DNA of 64,000 nt from Callorhinchus milii (lineage: Eukaryota). How positions within the stretch are numbered: position 1 is the stretch's first letter; every line of letters begins with the position of its first letter. A program made the position numbers and the translations under genes. Positions 1 to 10,810 of this stretch are shown here, piece after piece. The stretch spans positions 68,822,001 through 68,886,000 of the forward strand of contig NW_024704743.1 in assembly GCF_018977255.1 (NCBI RefSeq), in the 5' to 3' direction. The notes beneath the pieces are model-generated. The model ran no database searches. It was given only the letters and a program-made list of their open reading frames with translations, and was not told where the DNA came from.

Positions 1-2710
1 GGATGAAATAAAAGCAGTGGAGAGGAAGGATCTGAAATCCGATGACCAGGAGGTCGAGACAATATGGGTGGAAATAAAAAATAATAAAGGGCAGAAAATA
101 TTAATGGGAGTGGTTTATAGACCCCCAAACAGTGATCACAATATAGCACAGGGTATCAATCAAGAAATCAGTGGAGCATGTAGGAAAGGTAAAGCGATAA
201 TAGTGGGTGATTTCAATCTCCACATAGATTGGGAAAACCAAATCGGCAAAAGTAGGTCAGAAGAAGAGTTCATTGAGTGTATGAGAGATAACTTTCTAGA
301 GCAGCATGCCGAGGAACCAACTAGGGGACAGGCCATCCTAGACCTTGTTTTGTGTAACGAAACAGGGCTAGTTGGCAGTGTAGGTATTAAGAATCCTCTA
401 GGGCAGAGTGATCACAATATGATTGAATTCTGCATTAAGTTAGAGAGGGATATAGTTAAATCCGAGGCAAGTATTCTGAATTTAAATAGGGCTAATTTTG
501 TAGGTATGAGGAAAGATTTAGGTAAAATAGACTGGAGAATAAGATTAAGAGGTAAAAATGTAGACCAACAGTGGCAAATATTTAAGGATGTAGTGCAAAA
601 TTCTCAGCGGTCGCATATTCCCTTGCGGAATAAGAGTACCACAGGGAAAGCAATTCATCCGTGGCTAACTAGAGCAGTTAGGGAAAGCATCAAATTAAAA
701 GAAAAGGCTTATAAAACTGCCAAGAAAAGCAGCAAATCTGAAGATTGGGAGAGTTTTAGAAACCAGCAAAATAAAACTAAAAAACTCATTAAGAGCGAGA
801 AAAAGGAGTATGAGGGTAAGCTAGCTAGGAACATTAAGTCTGATTGTAAAAGTTTTTACAAATATATTAAGAGGAATAGGCTAGTGAGGGTAAATGTAGG
901 TCCACTTCAGTCAGAGACGGGAGAAGTTGTAATGGGGGATAAGGACATGGCAGAGTCCCTAAATGGGTACTTTGCATCTGTCTTCACCCTAGAAGACACA
1001 ACAAGTCTGCCAACAATAGAGATGCACCAAGGGGATAAGGACAGGGAGCAACTTAGGGAAATTTTCATTAGTAGAGAATTGGTGCGAGGGAAACTGTTAG
1101 CACTAAAAAGTGACAAATCTCCTGGTCCGGATGGCTTGCATCCCAGGGTTTTAAAAGAGGTAGCTTATGAGATAGTGGAGGCCTTATGTCTGATCTTCCA
1201 AAATTCCTTGGATTCTGGAACAGTCCCCATGGATTGGAAGATCGCAAATGTCACACCACTATTTAAAAAAGGTGGAAAGGAAAAGATGGGGAACTATAGG
1301 CCAGTTAGTCTCACATCAGTGATAGGAAAAATTTTAGAATCATTGATTAAGGATGTGGTAGTGCGGTATTTAGGGGAGCACAATATAATTAGGCCAAGTC
1401 AACATGGCTTTACAAAAGGGAAGTCATGTTTGACAAATCTCATAGAGTTTTTTGAGGATATTTCCAGTAAACTAGATAAGGGTGAATCAGTGGATGTGGT
1501 CTATTTGGACTTCCAGAAGGCATTCGATAAGGTGCCGCATAAAAGGTTAGTCCAAAAGATAAGGGCCCATGGAATTGGGGGAGCATATTAACGTGGATTG
1601 GGGAATGGTTAACGGGTAGGAAACAAAGAGTAGGGATAAACGGGTCCTTTTCAGATTGGCGGGATGTGACTAGTGGAGTGCCACAAGGATCAGTCCTTGG
1701 GCCTCAGCTATTTACCATCTACATCAACGATCTAGATGAGGACATCGAAGTTAATATATCTAAATTTGCGGATGACACAAAACTAGGAGGAAGGGTCAAC
1801 ACAGAGGACGACAGTAAAAAATGCAGCGCGACATAGATAGGTTAGGTGATTGGGCAGGTAGGTGGCAGATGAAGTATAATGTAGGGAAGTGCAAAGTCAT
1901 CCACCTCGGTAGCAAAAACAGTAGAGCGAGTTACTTTTTAGAAGGGGAGAGATTGGAATGTGTTAGCGTCCAGAGGGACTTGGGTGTCCTTGTACACCAA
2001 TCGCAGAAAGTTAGTCTGCAGGTGCAGCAGCAATTAGGAAGGAGAACGGTATGTTAGCATTCATTATGAAAGGATTAGAGTATAAGAGTAGGGAAGTCTT
2101 GCTGCAACTGTATAGGGCCCTGGTGAGACCACACCTGGAATACTGTGTGCAGTTTTGGTCTCCTTATTTAAGGAAGGGTGTACTTGCCTTGGAGGGGGTG
2201 CAGCGTAGATTTACTAGGTTAGTACCAGGGATGAAGGGGATGAGTTACGAGGATAGGCTGACCAATTTGGGTCTATATTCTCTAGAATATAGAAGAATTA
2301 GAGGGGATCTTATAGAAACCTATAAGATCATCAAAGGGCGTGATAGAGTAGATAGTGGGAGATTGTTTCCCCTGGTTGGAGAAACTAAAACCAGGGATCA
2401 CAACCGTAAAATCAGAGGCCAGCCCTTTCTCATTGAGTTAAGGAAGAACTTCTTCACTCAAAGGGTGGTGAATGTATGGAACTCACTACCCCAAAGGGCT
2501 GTTGACGCTCAGTCCTTGAACATATTCAAAACTGAGATAGATATACTTCTTATTGCAAAAGGGATTAAGGGATATGGGGATAAGGCAGGGTCAGGTTATT
2601 AGCTGGAGTTAGATTAGAAAATCAGCCATGTTTGAATGGCGGGGCAGGCTCGAAGGGCCGAATGGCCTACTCCTGCTCCTACATGTTATGTTGTGTTATA
2701 TTATGTTATG
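1..2710 (+). mobile_element. CR1-clade LINE (ORF2 APE endonuclease + reverse transcriptase, 3' UTR and microsatellite tail); 5' end outside window
   Basis: ORFs 17-1591, 1821-2057 and 2051-2602 carry CR1 motifs: [65 protein letters not shown] (off-frame), LVRPHLEY. The 3' end has the CR1 stem-loop GGGCCGAATGGCCTACTCCTG and a (TTATG)n tail. Three -1 frameshifts. Confidence 0.97.
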
Positions 2711-3489
2711 ACAGAATGAAAGTATTTATTTAGGGACTCTGCCATATCCTTATCCCCCATTGTAATTCCTCCTGTCTCTGCCTATAATGGATCCACATTT
2801 ACTTTTGATAGCCTATTCGTCTTAATGTATTTATAAAAACTCTTACAATCTGTCTTAATGTTCCTAGCCAGCTTGCCCTCATAATCCATTTTCTCACTCT
2901 TAATGAGCTTTTTGGTTTTCTTTTGTTGGTCCCTAAAACACTCCGAGTCCTCAGGTTTGCTACTCTTTTTGGCAGTTTTATAGGCCTTTTCTTTTAGTTT
3001 TATACTTTTTCTAACTGCTCTAGTTAGCCACGGGTGAACTGCTTTCCCTGTGGTACTCTTATTCCTCAAGGGAATATGTGACCGCTAAGAATTTTGCACT
3101 ACATCTTTAAACGTTTGCCACTGTTGGGCTATTGTCATATCCATGAATCTAATTCTCCAGTCTATATTAGCTAATTCCTCCCTCATACATGTAAAGTTAG
3201 CTTTATTTAAATTTAAGACTCTTGCTTCGAATTTGACTACATCGCTCTCTAACTTATTACTAAATTCTATCGTGTTATGATCACTCTGCCCTAGAGGAGC
3301 CTTAATATCTAAATTACCGACTAGCCCTGTTTCGTTGTACAACACAAGGTCTAGTATGGCCTGTCCCCTAGTTGGTTCCTCAGCATGCTGTTCCAGAAAG
3401 CTCTCTCTCATAACACTCTATAAACTCTTCCTCTACCCTACGTTTGCTGATTTGGTTTTCCCAATCTATGTGAAGATTGAAATCACCCT
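2711..3489 (-). mobile_element. Older CR1 ORF2 fragment, antisense to the first CR1
   Basis: Minus ORFs 3085-3411 and 2782-3069 are paralogous to the N-terminal part of the 17-1591 ORF (FLEQHAEEPTRGQAILDLVL; HPWLTRAVR; KLARNIKTDCKSFYKYIK). Confidence 0.95.
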
Positions 3490-3861
3490 AAGATCCTCAC
3501 ACTCACTTACAAATCACTTAATTCCCTGGCACCTCCTTATCTCTCTGATGCACTTATGCCCCACTCTTCTACCTGACTCCTGTCTCAGGCAGCTCCAACC
3601 TTCTACCCGTCTCGCGACCCCTTCGCTCGAATTGGTGGGAGCGCTTTCTGTCACCACGCACCAAAATTCTGGAACTCTCTGCCTCAATCCTTTCAGCTTT
3701 CTCTCTTCTTCAACATATTCAGATCACATCTGAAGACCTTCCTCTTTGACTATGCCTATGGTCTCCTCTCCTCCTGGCTCAGTGTCAAGCTCTGTCATTG
3801 TTAAGCGCTCTGAGCCATTACCCTGTGTGAAGGGTGCTATATAAATGTGAGTTGTTGTTGA
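3490..3861 (+). mobile_element. L2 LINE 3' fragment
   Basis: Decayed APKFWNSLP / LKTFLFD-type coding remnant, ending in GCTATATAAATG..(GTT)n L2 tail. Confidence 0.8.
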
Positions 3862-5251
3862 TGAAATGTAAAGTTACAATAGAAGGCTTAATTCCACAAC
3901 TAGATTTGACTATTAGATTTCCAATGAACCAGAGAAGCCAATTTAGCTCAAAGAGTCTCATTTTCTATTTGAAAAATTTGCTCCATTTCACCCATTTCTA
4001 CATCCAGTAGAAATAATGAACTTGCATCAGCATGAAGCTGAGAGATCTTTTACTCAGAGCTTTGCAACATCATTGTAAATACCACTCACACATTCCAGAT
4101 ATTGTGGGCAAGAAGTTAATTCTGTGGCATCAAAACAAATGACCTCTAAGTTATTTACTGGCATGCAAATGCTCTGCCTTACAGAGCTTTTCAGGGGGCG
4201 CAGAGAGGCAATTCCTTATAAAAGGCTGTGACAAGCATCAGCAAAGGTCTTATTTGCTGTATTGAACAACAAACTACAGTTATATAGCTCCTTTCATGCA
4301 ACATAGTGTCTTGGAGCGCTAAACAATGGCATTAGTTCACCTCAAGCTAAGGAGAAAGAGGAGTACATCGTAGGCATGGTTGAAGAGGAAGGTCTTCAGA
4401 TGTAGTCTGAAGATGGGCAAAGAGGGGATAAGGCAGAGGGATTGGGATAGGGAGTTCCGGAGGTTAGCCTATTTTAACAACCTTTTTTCTGAATACTGCA
4501 ATGAATGTGTATACTGTTCAACATTATTGTGCAGTTATGCCATTAGCCTGGAAAGAATTTAACAAGTACAGCAGTAAACAAAATTGACACACATCTCTCA
4601 CTGTTCTAGGGCACCTCCTAGTGCCCAGTTCAGAGAAGTTTGGGAGGGAGAATGGAAAGAGGGTGGCATATTTCGCTCTCATCCGCAATTTGAGGGCAGC
4701 CTGGGAGGACCAAATTGGAAAACTGGGAAGAAAGTTTGGGAGTTTTCATCCTTAAAATATAAATACAAGCATTGGTGGTGTTCTAGCTATTCCTATCGAG
4801 TGACAATGAAGCTGACGAATGCTGGAGGCATATCTAATTTTAGTAATCTATCAGGGTGTAATATTAATTATGTCATTTAAAGCAACCAACGAAATATAAA
4901 ATCTTCCCACTATCTTTTGCGTTTCCTTAGTTACCTTTGCATACTAAGACTGCTCTATATCCAATGCTGTCTTTAACCCTGGAGGAAACTGGTTTAAATT
5001 AGAATACTGCTGATATCTATTTTTGCATAATTTGAAAATGTTAATTGCCACTGGTTTTGATTCTTTAACGTACTGTATGAAAGAAAATTTTGGAAATGTT
5101 TTAAATAAGTCTTACAATACAGTTGACATTTATATAGTGTCTGTAACAAAACTGATCAGGCCTTGGGGGAAACCGAGTACTTCACATCCTTTGAGAGTAG
5201 AATTGTGCAACTTGCCTGCAAATTTAATTGACCCCTACAATCTTCACAGTA

Positions 5252-5540
5252 ATGTGGAATCGCGTAGTATAGTTGTTAGTGCGCTCGCCTGGCAAGCGAG
5301 AGGCCCCGGGTTTGATACCTGGGCGGGGCGAAATGTTAGGCAAGTTTCTGTACTCCACTCACCTCTGTTTACCTTGTATTAGGTCGGAACTCAGTTGTTT
5401 GTCCAGAATTGAAGAAAGGAGTAAATAATCCCTCAAAAAAGGTTGGTCAATGCACAATATATTCTGTGAAGCACTTTGAGGCATTTTAACGTTGTGATAA
5501 GACAGTATATCAAATGCAAATGCAAGGATTATTTCTTATT
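5252..5540 (+). mobile_element. tRNA-derived SINE, older subfamily
   Basis: tRNA-like head (GTAGTATAGTTGTTAGTGCGCTCGCC..GGGTTTGATACC) and L2-type 3' end (TATCAAATGCAAGGATTATT). Confidence 0.8.
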
Positions 5541-6075
5541 GTAAATCCTGTGAAGGGCATTGAGATGTCCTGCCGATATGACAGGTGGTCTACCAAATAT
5601 AAATATTAGTACTAAAACGCCTCACCCCTTCACCAGGAACCATTTCAGTGGAAGAAAATAGTGTGACGGTACATATTTTCTCTTTAGTTTATAGATGCTG
5701 TTTCCAACAATATTAATAATTGCAATGTCGAATGTGCTGGAAAACTATATTTGCTTTCTCATTTCTGCAGCACACAGCTGATTCTCATAATTACGGTAAG
5801 TAAAATTACTCATCTGTACTGCTCATTATCCTGTGCTTGAACTGTTCTACATTAACTGTGTGCACTCATCCATCTTCATCTGCAGTTCCATGTACATCCA
5901 AAGCTTGGCCTTTACTGGCATTCTATTAATCAAATTCTATCTGTCGCTGCTAACTTCAGTACAGGATGACCAGAATAATATTGATGAATGAATGTTACCC
6001 ACGGGCAGGACATTTAGCCTTTCTCTTTCTGCCTGAATGGTATTCCTAATATTACGGGTACCAAAGTGGATTTTT

Positions 6076-6390
6076 GTGGAGTCCTGTAGCTCAGTGGTTA
6101 GAGCGCTCACCTCGCAAGAGAGACCTGGGTTTGATTCCCAGCAGGGCAAAACCTTGGGCAGTTTCCTTACTCCACACGCCTGATAATAATCCTTCAAGAA
6201 AAAAAACATTAATAAATTGGTCACTTCAATCCACGACTGTTTGTGAGATACTGCTGTGCGCAATTGGCTGCCACATTTCGCCCACAACTGTACATTCAAT
6301 TCTCTTAACAGTATGTTCTGTGAAGTGCTATGAGATGTTTAGAAGACGTTAAAAGTGCTATATCAAATGTAAGAATTATTATTATTATTA
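6076..6390 (+). mobile_element. Full-length tRNA(Ala-like)-derived SINE with L2-shared 3' end
   Basis: A box TAGCTCAGTGG, B box GGTTTGATTCC, conserved body GCTGTGCGCAATTGGCTGCC, (ATT)n tail. Many similar copies in the window. Confidence 0.92.
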
Positions 6391-7199
6391 CAGCATTTTA
6401 CAGTTCATTTAGACTCTTAAGCATCCTAATCCTGTTTGAAAAGAGAAGAAAGTTTCTCCTAGTGTCCCACTAAATCATCCTTCCGATTCACTGGTTATTC
6501 ACCACATGGCTGTTTATGGACATTGCTGATGCAAATGACTACATACAAATGCAGTCACTACACTCGACAGTAATTGACTGTGAATTGCATTTGGAATATA
6601 TGATAAGGCATTACAAAAAGGCAAATTCTTCTTAAAATCCGTTATAATTAAATATACATGGCAATGCCCCATTGTTTATTTTCTGTAGTGGTAAGTTTAA
6701 CAGCTAATACCAATAATTAATGCAGATCAGAATATTGTACAGCACACAGATAGGGACCAAAAATCATAGTACATAATGGTTGCAACAAGACTTTTAACAA
6801 GAACAGCAACAACTTGCATTTATATAGCCTTCTCACGCTGTCCCAGAATGCTTTAACACATACATCTAATACCAATAGTGATTCCAGCTCTGGATGGGAA
6901 TTGTAAAAAAAAGTGGAAAACTAAAATAAAAATAGAAATTGCTGGAAATGGTGAATAAGTGAAAGCAACAGTAAAGTTTAACAATTGAGGTGTGACCTTT
7001 TATCAAAACTATATGGGTGAGTTAGAGGAGCCACTTATAGGACAAAGCAGATGGACCCTATTGGCAAAGCAAAGATATAGGACAAGGTTTAAACAATGAA
7101 TTTATACACAAATATGTTGTCCCCTAAATGCACAGTTGTCCAACAGATAGATGATTTCTAATTTTAGATCTGTAAGAAATCAACAGATTGTGTGCTAAT

Positions 7200-7519
7200 A
7201 ATGATAATAATAATGCTTGCATTTGATATAGCACTTTTCAGGTCTTCGAGACGTCTCAAAGAGCTTCACAGAATATAATGTAAAGTAAATTGACTGTATA
7301 TTTGTGGGCTAAACGTGGCAGCCAAATCTGCACAGCAGTGTCCCACAAACAGTCGTGGATTGAAGTGATCAATTTTATTATTGTTTTTTTTTTCTTGAGG
7401 GATTATTATCAGGCGTGTGGAGCAAGGAAACTTGCCCAAGGTTTCGCCCTGCCGGGAATCGAACCCAGGTCTCTCTCTTGCGAATAGAGTGCTCTAACCA
7501 CTGAGCTACAGGACTCCAC
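7200..7519 (-). mobile_element. Full-length tRNA-derived SINE
   Basis: Reverse complement of the 6076-6390 family; intact B box GGTTCGATTCC. Confidence 0.92.
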
Positions 7520-8233
7520 AAAACATGTAATAACATGCATTCCTTTGTGAAAGTCACCCAGGACAGAAAGTGGTTATTGTTGATGAAAATGTAACAGACC
7601 AAAAGTGACATTTTGATTTTTATTTCAGATTTCTCCTTCCTTGTACTTTAGAGATTTGTGGGAAATCTGAGGAATTCTACCTTGCTCTAAACTTCGACCA
7701 TTCACCCATAAGGACTATTTGAAGGCACATGTTCACTGCACTATTATTTATTTATTAAAATAATGTGCAGACTGATAGGAAATATTCCTACATTACAATG
7801 GAATATTTGAATCATAGATACTTGGGAAAAAGGCAGGTAAATGGGTTTAAAAAATCTACCCCAATATGCCTGATGCGTAAAATTGCCTCCTCTTGTTTCT
7901 ATGTTTCTAATAACATTTCAGAGATTGCACATTTTGGACAATTATTAAATTCAAAATGAAGAAGGAATTAAAAATTGTCCCAAATTTTCCCTCTAAAATG
8001 CGAAGAAAAAAGTCTTAAACCTAGGACTCGTGTGGAATTTTATCTCCCTGAAATGCAAAGTAAAATTGGTTATTCACTTCACGGCTGTTTGTCGGACAAT
8101 GCTGTATGCAAATTGGCTTCCTTGTTCTCCTTCAAATACAGTCACTACATGTCACAGTAAAAAAAATCTTGTGAAGTGCTTTGACATGTCTCGATATGTT
8201 AAGGTGTTGCATCAAACACAAGGATTAATACAT

Positions 8234-8408
8234 TATAATAATAATAATAATAATAATAATCCTTGCATTTGATATAGCGCTTTTCACGTCGGGAGGACGT
8301 CCCAAAGCGCTTCACAGAATATACTGTAAAGTGAATTGACTGTATATTTGTGGGCGAACGCGGCAGCCAATTGCGCACAGCAGTGTCCCACAAACAGTTG
8401 TGGATTGA
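8234..8408 (-). mobile_element. tRNA-SINE 3' half abutting the Helitron-like element
   Basis: (AAT)n tail and young-subfamily 3' stem-loop GGGACGTCCTCCCGACGTGAAAAGCGC. Confidence 0.9.
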
Positions 8409-9033
8409 TTATATATTTATACTAATAAAAATGTAATGTCTGTATCTGTGCGTCCACTAAGAACTCCAAAATCGATTGGCGTAGATCATGATTTATACCT
8501 CATCGGAAAGGTCTTGCATGGGGGAGTGTCATGGACATATTTTTGAGGGATCTCCTATCGTTGATGAGCTATGACCTAAACAAGCTCATCACACATGTAT
8601 GACGGTTCCATGTACACTGCAGTTACACACGGTGGCTGTGCTGACTCCCAGTGGCGCTGTGGCACACAGTACATGCGCCCTCAGACAAAGCCAAGCGGTG
8701 GGAACAAGATGGTGGCGGTGCGGTGGCTTTTCCTGCTGCTCCTGGCCAGTCCCGGGCTGGGCGGGGCCATGTCGGAGCTGGGCTGATGGTGGGTGACGGT
8801 TGGCTCGGTAAGGCCGCTGCGTTTCCGGGTTCTTCCGCAGCCTATCCGGGGAGGGTGAAGGCTGGGGCTCAAGTTGGGGCCTCACCTGGGCCTGGGGTTT
8901 AGCCCCTCCCTCCCCTTATGTATATAATTTTATATGATAATCTATCTATACTAATAAAGACAAAATGTCTGTCTGTGTACATTCCATGTTGGATCGTTTG
9001 GTTGTAAGCGAAGCTGCATCAAGTACAGTCAGT
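8409..9033 (+). mobile_element. Non-autonomous Helitron-like element with captured gene fragment
   Basis: 5'-type motif TATACTAATAAA followed by a GTCTGT tract at ~8418 and again as TCTATACTAATAAA at ~8945. Internal GAGTGTCATGGACATATTTT resembles Lep1-type Helitrons. The 3' end GCGAAGCTGCATCAAGTACAGTCAG|T resembles the GCGAAGC..ACAGCTAG|T Helitron terminus. No TIRs or TSD. Family resemblance is from memory. Confidence 0.65.
8709..8807 (+). pseudogene. Orphan signal-peptide first exon, TMEM87-like, with in-frame stop
   Basis: Reads MVAVRWLFLLLLASPGLGGAMSELG*WWVTVGS, followed by a phase-0 donor GTAAGG at 8808. Resembles the recalled end of TMEM87B exon 1 (AVPELGLWLETVND). TGA at 8784-8786. No downstream exons found. 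Confidence 0.6.
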
Positions 9034-9101
9034 TATAATATAAATGGATTTTTTTTATTTGTCAAATGTTAGAATTGTACAGCAGGTGGATCAGCTTTTG
9101 A

Positions 9102-9474
9102 AACAACAACAACAAGTTTCCATTTATAGAGCGCCTTTCACGTCGGGAGGACGTCCCAAGGCGCTGTACAGTTGGGTCAGGACCCGAGCCTTGGGGGAAA
9201 TGGTCAGGGTGAGGGGAGGGAAGGGAGGGAGTGAGGAGGGGGAAGAGAGTCGAGAGGGGAGCTGAAGGCACGGTCAAAGAGAAAGGTCTTGAGACCGGCC
9301 TTGAAGGAGGAAAGGGAGGAGGCGGCGAAGGCACTGGGGGATGGAGTTCCAGAGCATCGGGGCTGAGAGGCTGAAGGCCCGGCCACCGATGGTAGGACGA
9401 TTAGGGCGGGGGATGTGGAGCAGACTGGAGCCGGAGGAACGGAGGGTACGGGCAGGTAGGTAGGGGGATAGTAG
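9102..9474 (-). mobile_element. Young L2 LINE 3' fragment
   Basis: ORF 9274-9513 has [25 protein letters not shown]; (GTT)n tail. Confidence 0.92.
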
Positions 9475-10519
9475 AGAAAGAGAAAGTATTGGTGTTAAGC
9501 ATGACTTCAGCAATCACTGACTATGTTTTAGAAACCAATTTTGAGAAATTAACCACATATTGAAACTATCAACGACAAATTACATTCATACAGCGGCTCT
9601 CACGTTGGGAGGTTGACCCAAGCTGCTGGACAGTCAGGGATTTGGACCCGAGCAGGCGGTTGGATCAGGAGGAGTGGAGGGCAAGAAGGATAGGGGTAGG
9701 AGAGTGACCGAAGGCGCAGTTGAAGAGAGGGTCTTGAGACCTTGAAGGTGGGGTGGGGGGGGGGGCTGGTTAAGCACTATTCCAAGTTCTGCATTTCGCA
9801 AATTATCATAAGTGAATTTTAAATGTGTCATTTATATGTTAAAATGACTTTAATGTTATTTTAAGTGCACTGGTCAAGTTTGGTAAAAGTACTGAATGGA
9901 ACAGAATGAACCGTAGTCCTCAGTAAAAATGATTAAGAGATTAGCAGGCTGCCAAAAACCCAAATCTACCATCTACATTTACAAAGAGGCATCAGCAGAA
10001 TATGAAATGTTGGCACAAGGTATTGCAGTGCTGTCTGAAATACAAAATTGATCTCAAAAGAGAGTGGGTGGGAGGTATCAGATATGCAGGCATTTAGATA
10101 TACGGGAGAAAAAAGAAAGCTAGTCCATGGGAAATTAATAATAATAAATAATAATCCTTGCATTTGATATAGTGCTTTTCACATCTTCGAGACATCTTAA
10201 AAGTACTTTACAGAATATACTGTTTAGTGAATTGACTGCATATTTGTGGGCGGAACGCGGCAGCCAAATGCGCACAGAAGTGTCCCACAAACAGTCATGG
10301 ATTGAGTGACCAAATTATTATATATACTTTTTTTCTTGAGGGATTATTATCAGATTTTTGTAAGAGCTATGGAAAATCAATTGTAAAATTAAGAATGAAC
10401 TATAGAATTTTCTATAATTCCATGAATTAAAATTGTGAGAAAAAATGATCTTGCAGTAAGTAATTAAGTACGGGAAGCAACTAAGATGTGACGTTAACAT
10501 CCATATGCAGATCATGGTA

Positions 10520-10810
10520 ATGGTAGTTATTTAGTCAGCTTTGCCCTTACTTGGCATCATCTGCACCTCAGTAGCACTGGTGAGCCAGCCAGGCTGTTAA
10601 CCATCCACAGTGCCTAGGATTATTGTGGACCTGCCTGTTTTTTGTCAGATGTATCGCCTCAAAGCCAAATTCAGTCCCAGAGAGTTCCATTTACCTACCC
10701 ACCACTTGTATAATTTTACACATGGTATTTCTAAGATCACGAGAGGTTTGGATGAAGAAGGTACTTTGCCTCATCGACCTTATCTTTCCAGAATGTACAT
10801 CCTACCATTC
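10520..10810 (-). repeat. Unclassified dispersed repeat, diverged copy spanning a tail-to-head junction
   Basis: Minus strand reads CCATGTGTA..ATGGAACTCTC..CTGAC-AAAAAA-CAGGCAGGTCCAC..GGCACTG..GGCTGGCTCA, i.e. the family 3' part followed by its 5' part. Confidence 0.6.

Noticed and set aside
6076..6150. tRNA genes at the SINE heads (also 7445-7519, 19883-19955, 22190-22263)
   Set aside because: Each continues into a SINE body and L2-type tail and varies between copies; these are SINE heads, not tRNA genes.
8595..8902. Overlapping GC-rich ORFs as a functional gene
   Set aside because: The signal-peptide frame has an in-frame stop and no downstream exons; the other frames are by-products of high GC.
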